Source: an uncultured Actinomycetota bacterium (GTDB lineage Bacteria; Actinomycetota; Actinomycetes; Mycobacteriales; Pseudonocardiaceae). Taken from it: 64,000 nt of DNA. Shown in pieces: positions 9,328 through 17,563 of this stretch; position 1 is the stretch's first letter; the number at the start of each line of letters is the position of its first letter. The stretch spans positions 4,370 to 68,369 of the forward strand of contig CAWHHY010000027.1 of NCBI GenBank assembly GCA_963829305.1, in the 5' to 3' direction. The notes under the pieces were generated by a model that made no database searches, was not told the DNA's origin, and was given only the letters and a program-made list of their open reading frames with translations. The position numbers and the translations under genes were made by a program.

Positions 9328-10824
9328 TCAGGTCGTGCGGTGCAGCGAGTCGACGACCGTGGCGCACGCCGCCGTGACCCCGGTGGCTCCGGCAGCGGTG
9401 TGCCGGCAGCCGACGCTGAGCTGCGCCTCGCCGTCGAGAACCACGTACCAGTCGACCTCGGCCCGGTCCGTGCCGCGAGCGGTCTCCCGGTAGGTCACGA
9501 CGGTCCGGCCCGCGAACCGGGCGTCGCCGTCGAACCCGGTGAGCGGTGCGCCCCCGGCCACCGCGCGGTCGAACTCCGCCCGCAGCTCGGCGCGGGCGCG
9601 CTGCGGCTCGGCCTCGGCGTCGTACCCGAGCAGCGTGCGCTCGACGGAGATCAGGTCGCTGCCGTCGGGCGCGCCGGCGGGTGTCAGGAGGCTGCGCCGG
9701 CGCTCCGGCAATCCGCCCGTGTGTGCCCACCCCACCGGAATCCGCACCGCGTAGCCGTACTGGACGAGGTCACCGGCTGCAGTGAGCGGGACCGGGCCGC
9801 CCGCGGGCAGCGCGGTGTCCATCACGTACAGCCCCGCCAGGGCGACGGCTGCCGCGGCGCCGGCGGCCAGCGCCCGCAGCGGGCGGTGTCGGGCGGGAGC
9901 GACGGGCGGCAGCCAGTACGGCGCGGGCGCCGTTGACCGGGCCCCTCGGGCGTCGAGCGGTGACTCCGGAGAAGGTGATCCGAGAACAGGTGATCCCGGA
10001 AAGGCGGCCTGCGACCCGGTCACCGACCGGGCCGCCGGGCTCATAGCCACTGGCGGCCCCAGCAGCTGCGCGGGCAGCCGCAGCGCGCCGACCACCGCGG
10101 CGGCGTCCGGCCGCTCGACCACGCGCACGTCGAGCACCCCGGCGGCGTCGAGCAGCTCCGCGAGCAGTGGGGTCCGGGCGACCCCGCCGATCAGGAGCAC
10201 CGGGGGCGACCGCCCGGGACCGGCGCCGTCCACGACCGTCCGGACAGCCGCGACGACGGCCGCCAGCGGCGGGACCAGCGCGCAGCGCACCGCCTCGGCG
10301 CCCAGATCGGCGGGAGGCTCGCCCCCACGCACCAGCGGCAGCAGCGAGAGGTCCTCGCGCACGGCTCGCGCCCTGGCCAGGTCCACGGTTCCGCGCACGC
10401 CCAGGAGCTCGGCCGTGACGCCGTCAAGGACCGTGCCGCCCACGGGGACCCGGCAGGCGGTCAGGACGCGCCCGCCCGAGACCCGCACGACGTCGGTTCC
10501 GGACCGCCCGGCGTCGACGACCACGACGTCCGCCGGCACGACCGCGGCGTCCACGGTGTCGGCCAGGTGGCACCCCAGCGCCGCGACGGCCGCCGGCACG
10601 ACCCGCACGACCGCTGCGACATCCGGCGGCACCGCAGGCGGCGGGCCGGCGCCCTGCACGACGATCAGTTCCTCCGCGGGCCGGTCCAGCAGCGCCGTCA
10701 GCCCGGCCGAGAGCACTCCGGAGACATCGCCCACCGCCGGCAGCTCCGCGAGCAGCCGCGGACGGGGGTCGTCGACCGCCACGCGCACCCACGCGCTCCC
10801 TGCCGACACGGCCACGCGGTTCAC
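9328..10824 (-). CDS. type VII secretion-associated membrane protein, Rv3446c family (498 aa)
   Basis: GTG at 10824 overlaps the eccC TGA (GTGA). The N-terminal part has Hsp70/actin-like motifs (VVVVDAGRSGTDVVRV, VLLIGGVARTPLL), followed by one TM helix and a ~190-aa C-terminal domain. Its position equals Rv3446c in ESX-4. Confidence 0.75.
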   Translation of the reverse strand: MNRVAVSAGSAWVRVAVDDPRPRLLAELPAVGDVSGVLSAGLTALLDRPAEELIVVQGAGPPPAVPPDVAAVVRVVPAAVAALGCHLADTVDAAVVPADVVVVDAGRSGTDVVRVSGGRVLTACRVPVGGTVLDGVTAELLGVRGTVDLARARAVREDLSLLPLVRGGEPPADLGAEAVRCALVPPLAAVVAAVRTVVDGAGPGRSPPVLLIGGVARTPLLAELLDAAGVLDVRVVERPDAAAVVGALRLPAQLLGPPVAMSPAARSVTGSQAAFPGSPVLGSPSPESPLDARGARSTAPAPYWLPPVAPARHRPLRALAAGAAAAVALAGLYVMDTALPAGGPVPLTAAGDLVQYGYAVRIPVGWAHTGGLPERRRSLLTPAGAPDGSDLISVERTLLGYDAEAEPQRARAELRAEFDRAVAGGAPLTGFDGDARFAGRTVVTYRETARGTDRAEVDWYVVLDGEAQLSVGCRHTAAGATGVTAACATVVDSLHRTT

Positions 10825-13800
10825 GGGCCGGCCTGTCCGGGCTCGATGTCCGGCTCGGCCGGAAGCCACGCGAGCTGGACGCCGCGGTTGCCGCGTCGCC
10901 GGTCGACGAGCGTGCCACGCCCCGGTGGCAGCGGCCGCGGCCTGACGGTGCCGACCAGCGCACCCTCGTCCGAGCTGCCGTTCATCACCAGCCCCGGGAC
11001 GGCGAGCTCGCGGAGCCGACCGAGCAACGGATCGAACAGCGCCCGGGACGCCCCGCCGCAGCGCCGGGTGACGACCACATGCAGCCCGACGTCCTTGGCC
11101 TGCGGCAGGAACTCCAGGAGCGGCAGCAGCGGGTTGCCAGCCGCGCCACCGGGGGCGACGAGGTCGTAGTCGTCCACGAGCACCACCACCTCCGGGCCGC
11201 TCCACCAGCTGCGTTCCCGCAGCTCACGCTGGCCGACGGTCGGGCCCGGCAGCCGTCCGCGCAGGGACGCCGCGATGTCGTGGGCTGCCTCCGCCGCCGT
11301 GTCGGCCGAACTCGCGTAGGCGAGCAGGTGCGCGGCGGGGACGGCGCCGAGCAGCCCCCGGCGGTAGTCGACGACCACGATGCGCAGCTCGTCCGGCGCG
11401 TACCGCGTAACCAGCCCGTTCGCGACCACGCGCAACAGGGTGGTCTTGCCGCTCTCCGCGTCCGCGAAGCACACCAGGTGCGGGTCCGCACCCAGATCGA
11501 CCCCGACCGGGACGAGGCCCTCCTCGTCGAGACCGATCGGAATGCTGCCCTCGCCGCGCCCGGCACCGTCCACGGCGACCGCGGGGACGTCGTCGAGGTG
11601 CACCAGCTCGGGCAGAATCGCGACCGGGGTGAACGACGGGCCGGCCCACGCGTCGGCGACGGCGGCCACGAGGCCGCCCGTGTCACGGTCGTCGTCCGCC
11701 TCGGTGCCGCCGGTCGACAGCCACGGGGCCGCCAGCACCATCGGTGCACCGTCCGCAGCCAGGCCGTGTCCCGGACGTGCGGGCACCGCAGCCGCCCGGC
11801 GGCGGTCCACCTCGGACTCGGCCGGCTCGCCCAACCGCAGCTCGAGGCGGCTGCCGAGGACGTCCTTCAGCGCAGGCCGCAGCTCGCTCCAACGGCTCGC
11901 CGTCATCACCAGATGCAGGCCGTACGAGAGCCCCTGCGCGGCGAGCGGCAGCAGCCGGGCCTCCAGGTCGTCGAACTCGCCGCGCAGCACGAGGTAGCCG
12001 TCGACCACAAGCAGGACGTCCGTGGCGGCCTCCGCGGGAAACTCACCCGCCGCTCTGCGGGCCCGGAACTGCTCGACCGATCCGACAGCGGCCGCCCGGA
12101 ACAGCCGCTCCCGCCGGTCCAGCACGGCCTCCGCCTCGGCGACGACCCGACGAACGACGTCCGGGTGCTGCCGGTCCGTGACCGTGCCGACGTGGGGCAG
12201 ACCGGCCAGCACCGACAGCCCACCGCCGCCGAAGTCGATGACGTGCACGCCGAGCTCGTCCGGCCGGTGGGTGAGGGCGAGGGCCAGCACGACCGTTCGC
12301 ACCGCCCCGGACTTGCCCGCCCGCGGCCCGCCGACCACGGCGAGGTGACCGGCGGCGTTCGCGAGGTCGATCGTCAACGGGTCGCGGCGCTGCAGGTACG
12401 GCCGGTCGATCACACCGACGGGCACCCGCAGCGTCCCGCCGGACCCGGGTACCGCGAGGCCCCGGCCCGGCCGGACCGCAGGCACGCCGAGCACCTGGTC
12501 GAGGGGTGGCGCCGCATCCAGTGGAGGCAACCACACCCGGTGTGCCGCCGGTCCCCGCCCGACCATCGCCGCGATCATCGTGTCGAGCACCGTGGGGCCG
12601 TCCGGCTGCGCCTCCGGCGGCGGCCCTGCGCCGTCCGGCCCCACCGGCCCGACACGGAAGCGGTGGGCCCTGTGCGGCGCCGAAGGGCCCGCCACGGTCC
12701 GGACCGGCGGGCCGGCGATCGGGCCGGAGACGTACGCGGCCCGGAACCGGACCAGCTCACCCGTCCCCGTGGCGAGGAAGGCCGAGCCGGGCGCGGGCGG
12801 CAACCGGTGGGCGTCGGGCACCCCCAGGACAGCGCGCGACTCTGCAGCGGAGAAGGTGCGCAGCGCGATCCGGTAGGAGAGGTGCGAATCGAGCCCGCGC
12901 AGCCGGCCCTCGTCGAGCCGCTGCGACGCGAGCAGCAGGTGGATCCCGAGGGATCGGCCGAGCCGCCCGATCGTCCCGAGGAGATCGACGAGCTCCGGAC
13001 GCTGGGCGAGCAGCTCGGAGAACTCGTCGACGACGACCAGCAGCGCCGGCAGCGGGGGCAGCTCTCGCCCGAGAGAGCGGCGCGCTGCCGCGTACTCGGC
13101 CACCCCGGTGAGGTTTCCCGCGGCCCGCAGTAGCTCCTGGCGCCGGGTGAGCTCACCCTCCAGCGCGTCAGCCATCCGATCGACCAGGTGCAGCTCGTCC
13201 GCCAGGTTGGTGATCACTGCGGAGACGTGCGGGAGGCTGCCGAGGCCGAGGAAGGTGGCACCGCCCTTGAAGTCGACCAGCACGAGGTTCAGCTCGTCCG
13301 ACGAGTGGGTGGCGATCAGGCCCAGTACCAGCGTCCGCAGCAGCTCGCTCTTCCCCGACCCCGTGGCGCCGATGCACAGGCCGTGGGGCCCGCTGCCGCC
13401 CTGGGCGGACTCCTTGAGGTCCAGCGCCACCGGCACCCCCGCGTCGTCCACCCCGATCGGCACACACAACCGGGCCGCCGGCTGGCGGCGGCGGTCCACC
13501 CGCAGCACCTCGACGGCCTCCGGGGTGACTGCGCGGGGCGCACTCCGCGCGAGGCCGAGCAGCTCGGGCAGGCCGGCGGCCGACTCCGGACCGGCCAGGG
13601 GGCCGGCGCTCGCGGCCCGGTACCGGGCGAGCCGACGGGCCAACGCCGTGGCCTCGGCGACCGGCAACGCATCCGGCCTGCCGACGGCACCGACGCCGCC
13701 GGCCCCGTCCGTCCACGACAGCTCGTTCGGCCCGACGAGCAGGCGCACCACGGCGGGCGTCGGCCGCCGGCCGGGTGGCGTCCCCACCCGCAGCACCGTC

Positions 13801-14792
13801 GTGCCCGCGACCGCGGCCCACGAGCCGGGGCCGGCCGCGTCGTCGACGACCACGAGCAGGTGCGGCTCCGCCGCTCCGGTGCCCGGGGCCCGGCCCGCCA
13901 GCTCGGCCTCCCACCAGTGCCGGACGTCGTCGGCCCGGGCCGTGATCATCCGTATCGGCCCGACGGCGTCGCTGAGCCGCGGATGTGCAGCGTGCGGCAG
14001 CCACTTGACCCACTCCCACTCCGGTGCCAGGTAGGCGGGGGCGACGACGGCGAGCAGCGCGTCCGTGGGGCCGTGCCACAGCACGTACTGCGCGACCAGC
14101 GCCCGGGCCAGTGCGCGGGCGTGCTCGGGCCCGGCGCCGGGCGCCGCCTCGAGCCAGATGGCCGCGGTCCCGCGCAGCGACAGTGCGACCGGGAGTTCGG
14201 GGACGATCGCGTGCGCCCGCAGGAAGCGGCGCAGGGCCAGCGCCGTCACCGGCTCGAGCCCGTCCACCGGACCGGTCTGCGGTGCGATCAGTGCGGTGGC
14301 CAGCCGCTGCGCGCCAGTGCCCGTGCGCAGCAGGCCGAAGTCGGGGTCGGTGCTGCGCCGTTCCCACAGCCGCCCGGCTGCGAGCACTGTGGGCCAGGCG
14401 GCGGGATCAGGATGCACGTGCTCCAGGGCCGCCCTCTGCTCCGCGACGACGACCCGGACCCGCCGGCGGGTCGTTGCCAGGTACCGCAGGTAGTCTCGCC
14501 GCTCCTCGTCCACCACCGCCTGCCGCTGACCTGCGCTTCGCCCTCCACCGCCGACGAGCAGCATCCCGACCGTCGACAACGCGAACATGCCGCCGAACAG
14601 CAGCGACGACGGATCGCGCGGACCCAGCGCGACGAATCCGACCGAGCCCAGCAGCATCACCCCGGGCAGCAACCGGGCGAGGAGCGCGGGCGGGACGGGC
14701 CGCTCGGGCTCGGGTGGCGGTTCGATCGCGAGCTCGCCGCCGGGCATCCGCGGGACGGCGCGCGGCGGCCGCGGCACCTCGACCGTGGGCAT
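10821..14792 (-). CDS. eccC: type VII secretion FtsK/SpoIIIE-family ATPase EccC
   Basis: ATG at 14792 is preceded by GGAGG (the ORF-track start 14897 is 35 codons upstream). There are two N-terminal TM helices and three P-loops (IGATGSGKSELL, GGPRAGKSGAV, DAESGKTTLL). Confidence 0.95.
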   Translation of the reverse strand: MPTVEVPRPPRAVPRMPGGELAIEPPPEPERPVPPALLARLLPGVMLLGSVGFVALGPRDPSSLLFGGMFALSTVGMLLVGGGGRSAGQRQAVVDEERRDYLRYLATTRRRVRVVVAEQRAALEHVHPDPAAWPTVLAAGRLWERRSTDPDFGLLRTGTGAQRLATALIAPQTGPVDGLEPVTALALRRFLRAHAIVPELPVALSLRGTAAIWLEAAPGAGPEHARALARALVAQYVLWHGPTDALLAVVAPAYLAPEWEWVKWLPHAAHPRLSDAVGPIRMITARADDVRHWWEAELAGRAPGTGAAEPHLLVVVDDAAGPGSWAAVAGTTVLRVGTPPGRRPTPAVVRLLVGPNELSWTDGAGGVGAVGRPDALPVAEATALARRLARYRAASAGPLAGPESAAGLPELLGLARSAPRAVTPEAVEVLRVDRRRQPAARLCVPIGVDDAGVPVALDLKESAQGGSGPHGLCIGATGSGKSELLRTLVLGLIATHSSDELNLVLVDFKGGATFLGLGSLPHVSAVITNLADELHLVDRMADALEGELTRRQELLRAAGNLTGVAEYAAARRSLGRELPPLPALLVVVDEFSELLAQRPELVDLLGTIGRLGRSLGIHLLLASQRLDEGRLRGLDSHLSYRIALRTFSAAESRAVLGVPDAHRLPPAPGSAFLATGTGELVRFRAAYVSGPIAGPPVRTVAGPSAPHRAHRFRVGPVGPDGAGPPPEAQPDGPTVLDTMIAAMVGRGPAAHRVWLPPLDAAPPLDQVLGVPAVRPGRGLAVPGSGGTLRVPVGVIDRPYLQRRDPLTIDLANAAGHLAVVGGPRAGKSGAVRTVVLALALTHRPDELGVHVIDFGGGGLSVLAGLPHVGTVTDRQHPDVVRRVVAEAEAVLDRRERLFRAAAVGSVEQFRARRAAGEFPAEAATDVLLVVDGYLVLRGEFDDLEARLLPLAAQGLSYGLHLVMTASRWSELRPALKDVLGSRLELRLGEPAESEVDRRRAAAVPARPGHGLAADGAPMVLAAPWLSTGGTEADDDRDTGGLVAAVADAWAGPSFTPVAILPELVHLDDVPAVAVDGAGRGEGSIPIGLDEEGLVPVGVDLGADPHLVCFADAESGKTTLLRVVANGLVTRYAPDELRIVVVDYRRGLLGAVPAAHLLAYASSADTAAEAAHDIAASLRGRLPGPTVGQRELRERSWWSGPEVVVLVDDYDLVAPGGAAGNPLLPLLEFLPQAKDVGLHVVVTRRCGGASRALFDPLLGRLRELAVPGLVMNGSSDEGALVGTVRPRPLPPGRGTLVDRRRGNRGVQLAWLPAEPDIEPGQAGP

Positions 14793-14842
14793 CGCGCCTC
14801 CGTTCCTGCGGTGCGGGCCCGGTACACGGCCGCGCCTGCGAC

Positions 14843-14923
14843 TTCTGCGAAACGGCCCCGCGGGGGACCGCAGCGCGGCGATAGTAGGCAGCCGCACCGA
14901 CAGTTCGTGGCCGTTCCGCAGAA
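14843..14923. promoter_or_regulatory. inverted 15-mer pair in the eccC/eccD divergent intergenic region
   Basis: TTCTGCGAAACGGCC (14843-14857) and GGCCGTTCCGCAGAA (14909-14923) are reverse complements at 14 of 15 positions. Each faces its own gene, 40-50 nt from the start codon. Confidence 0.4.
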
Positions 14924-14963
14924 CCGGCGACGGTCCCGGGTCACGACCCGCTCAGGAGGTTCC

Positions 14964-16358
14964 GTGCGCGTCCCGCCCGTCTACTGCCGGCTGACCGTGC
15001 TCACCCCCGGCAGCCGTGCCGACGTCGCCCTGCCGGTCGACGTCCCGGTCGCCGACCTGGTGCCGATGTTGATGGAGCTGCTCGGCGAGCAGGGCGACCC
15101 GGGCCGGCCGGTGCCGTGGCGCCTCACCGGGCCGACCGGCGGCGCGCCTGCGCCGGGCGCCACGCTGGACGACATCGGCGTTCTCGACGGGGAGCTGCTG
15201 CGGCTCGGCCCGGCCGCCCCGCCTCCGCCGGCGCCGGTGTTCGACGATCCCGTCGACGCGCTGGCGGCGCTCACCGCGCCCTCCGCGGCGGCCCGTCGGC
15301 CGGGTCGGCCCGGCGGGCGCATGATCGTGCCGGCCGTCGCCGTGCCCGTCGGCGCCCTGCTGCTGGCCGGCGCGACACCCACCGGCTACGCCTGGACGGC
15401 CGGCGCGCTCGCGGGTGCCGCCGCGCTGGCGGCGATCGTCTGGACGGCGCTGCTCGGCCGGCGCGCGAACGGCCGAGACGACGATCCCCCGACCTCGCGG
15501 GCGGCGGCTCTGGTTCCCGCCCTCTGCGCGGTACCGCTCGCCGCGGCAGCCGGCTGGGCCGCCCTGCCAGGACCGCCGAGCGCCGCATCGCTGCTGGCGG
15601 CCGCGGTGGCGGCCGGGACCGCGGCCGCGCTCGCCCAGGTCGCCGCCCGGGCGGTGGTCCCCACACTCGTCGGCGCCGGCGTGGTCGCGGTGCTGACCGC
15701 TGCGGCGGCGGTCGCCCGCCTGCAGTTCGACGTCGCCGTCCCCGTGATCGCCGCCGTCGTCGCTGCCGCCGCGCTCTGCACCGGGCCGGTGCTGCCGAGG
15801 GTGACGCTGCGGTTGTCCGGCCTGCCCAGGCCCGTCGTCGCCACGGACGCCGCCGGGCTGGTCGCCGCGGACACGGGTCCGGACGTGCTTCCTCCCACTG
15901 AACTCGCCGCCCGCGCCCGGCTGGCCCAGGCCCAGCTCGCCGGGCTGTCCGGGGGCTTCGCGGTGGTCGCCGCCACCGCGGCGCCACTCGCTGCCACCGG
16001 CGGGTGGGCGGGATGGACGGGCCCGGCGCTCGCCGCCGCCGTCGCAGCGGTACTGCTGCTGCGCGCCCGCGGGTTCGCCGATCCGACGATCGCCCGGGTC
16101 CACCTGTCGACCGGGTCGGCGGCCGGAGCCGCCCTGGTCGGACTCGGCGCGGTCGCCGCCGGTCCGGCCGGGCGCCTGGGCGGCGCCCTGATCCTGCTCG
16201 GCGCCGCGGGGATCACGATCGCGACGGCGGGTGCGACGGCCACCGGCTCGCCCGTGGCCCGCCGGGCCGTGGAACTGGTCGAGGGCGTCCTCGCCGCGGC
16301 CGTGGTCCCGCTCGCCCTCGCGGCGGCGGGCGTGTTCGCACTGGTGCGCGGGCTGTGA
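14964..16358 (+). CDS. eccD: type VII secretion integral membrane protein EccD
   Basis: GTG at 14964 is preceded by AGGAGG. It has a ubiquitin-like N-terminus (YCRLTVLTPGSRADVALPVDVPVADLVPML) followed by about 11 hydrophobic helices. The part of the long ORF upstream of 14964 is antisense to eccC. Confidence 0.9.
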   Translation: MRVPPVYCRLTVLTPGSRADVALPVDVPVADLVPMLMELLGEQGDPGRPVPWRLTGPTGGAPAPGATLDDIGVLDGELLRLGPAAPPPPAPVFDDPVDALAALTAPSAAARRPGRPGGRMIVPAVAVPVGALLLAGATPTGYAWTAGALAGAAALAAIVWTALLGRRANGRDDDPPTSRAAALVPALCAVPLAAAAGWAALPGPPSAASLLAAAVAAGTAAALAQVAARAVVPTLVGAGVVAVLTAAAAVARLQFDVAVPVIAAVVAAAALCTGPVLPRVTLRLSGLPRPVVATDAAGLVAADTGPDVLPPTELAARARLAQAQLAGLSGGFAVVAATAAPLAATGGWAGWTGPALAAAVAAVLLLRARGFADPTIARVHLSTGSAAGAALVGLGAVAAGPAGRLGGALILLGAAGITIATAGATATGSPVARRAVELVEGVLAAAVVPLALAAAGVFALVRGL

Positions 16359-17521
16359 GTGCGGGAACGGCGGTCGCCGCGGTGCTCGCGTTGCTCGCCC
16401 CGTTCCCCGCGCCCCCTGCCCCACCCGTCCGCTGCGCTCCTCCGGCGGCGGTGGCAGGCCCCGTCGAGCCCGCCCTGGCCGAGCGGTTGCGTCTGCCCGC
16501 TCTGCATGCGCTGGCGACCGGGCGCGGTCAGCGCGTCGCGGTGATCGACACTGGGGTGGCCCCGCATCCGCGGCTCGCCGGCCGGCTGGTCGGGCTGGAC
16601 GACCTCCTCGCGGGCGGTGACGGGCTCGCCGACTGCGATGGCCACGGCACCGCCGTCGCCGGGCTGATCGGAGCCGCTCCGGACCCGCGGGACGGCTCGG
16701 CCGGGGTTGCTCCCGGGGCCCGGATCCTCGCGCTGCGCCAGTTCAGCCCGACGGTCGCCGGACCGGACGGGCGGCCCGCGGGCGACCTGCGCTCGCTGGC
16801 GACGGCACTGCGGGAGGCGGTCGGCGCCGGAGCCACGGTCGTCAACATCTCCGGCGCGGTGTGCCTGCCTGTCGAGCAGGCCGCCGTCGAGGGCGCACCG
16901 CTGCGCTCCGCGCTCCGGGCGGCCGCCGTCGCGGACGTCGTGGTCGTGGCGGCGGCCGGCAACGTCGACAGCGGCGGGTGCGCCGCGGACCGCCCAGACC
17001 TCGTATCGCTCCCCGGATGGGAGGACGGCGTGCTCACCGTGGGCGCGGTCGGCCCGGACGACCGGCCCGCGCGGTTCACCGCCCGGGGGCCGTGGGTCGA
17101 CGTGGCCGCCCCCGGCACGGGCGTGCGCTCGTTGAGCGTGGACGGGGGCACCGGACCGCCGCTGGACGGCACCAGCTTCGCCGCCCCGCTCGTCGCCGGC
17201 CTCGCCGCGCTGATCCGCGAGCGCCGCCCTGGCCTGACCGCCCGTGAGGTCGTGGACCGCATCACCGGGACGGCCCGCCGCCCGGCCGCCGGGCGCGACG
17301 AGGCGGTCGGCTCCGGGGTCGTCGACCCCGTCGCCGCGCTGACCGTCGAACCCGCGGTGTTCGCCGTGCCGGGCGGCGGTGCGACGGGGGTGCTCGCCGT
17401 GCCCGCATCGCCGAAACGGGCGGCGCGATGGCCGCTCACGGCGCTCGCGGTCCTGCTGGCGGTCACGGCCGCGGCGGCCGCCGCACTGCGTCACCGGACG
17501 GGCCCACCGCCCCTCGGCTGA
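16355..17521 (+). CDS. mycP: mycosin (type VII secretion subtilisin-like serine protease)
   Basis: GTG at 16355 overlaps the eccD TGA (GTGA). The catalytic triad context is VAVIDTGV, DCDGHGTAVAG and GTSFAAPLVAG, with a C-terminal TM anchor. Confidence 0.92.
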   Translation: MSAGTAVAAVLALLAPFPAPPAPPVRCAPPAAVAGPVEPALAERLRLPALHALATGRGQRVAVIDTGVAPHPRLAGRLVGLDDLLAGGDGLADCDGHGTAVAGLIGAAPDPRDGSAGVAPGARILALRQFSPTVAGPDGRPAGDLRSLATALREAVGAGATVVNISGAVCLPVEQAAVEGAPLRSALRAAAVADVVVVAAAGNVDSGGCAADRPDLVSLPGWEDGVLTVGAVGPDDRPARFTARGPWVDVAAPGTGVRSLSVDGGTGPPLDGTSFAAPLVAGLAALIRERRPGLTAREVVDRITGTARRPAAGRDEAVGSGVVDPVAALTVEPAVFAVPGGGATGVLAVPASPKRAARWPLTALAVLLAVTAAAAAALRHRTGPPPLG

Positions 17522-17563
17522 GCAGCACGCTCGCCGCGGCCCCTGCGCCGACCATGCCGCTCG

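Noticed and set aside
10825-11205. 127-codon N-terminal extension of the Rv3446c-like ORF
   Set aside because: It overlaps the eccC 3' end in another frame and is Arg/Pro-rich. The GTGA coupling at 10821-10824 gives a far better start.
14843-14923. Assigning the 15-mer to an ECF-sigma (e.g. SigM-type) promoter because it contains CGTT
   Set aside because: I could not find a matching GGAAC-like -35 element at 16-17 nt spacing on either side. The regulator identity is left open.
13188-14963. The first 592 codons of the 1056-aa plus ORF that contains eccD
   Set aside because: This part is antisense to eccC. EccD homology, an AGGAGG SD and a GTG start begin at 14964.
15386-17494. 702-aa minus-strand ORF
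   Set aside because: It is antisense to eccD and mycP, low-complexity, and has no recognisable domains.
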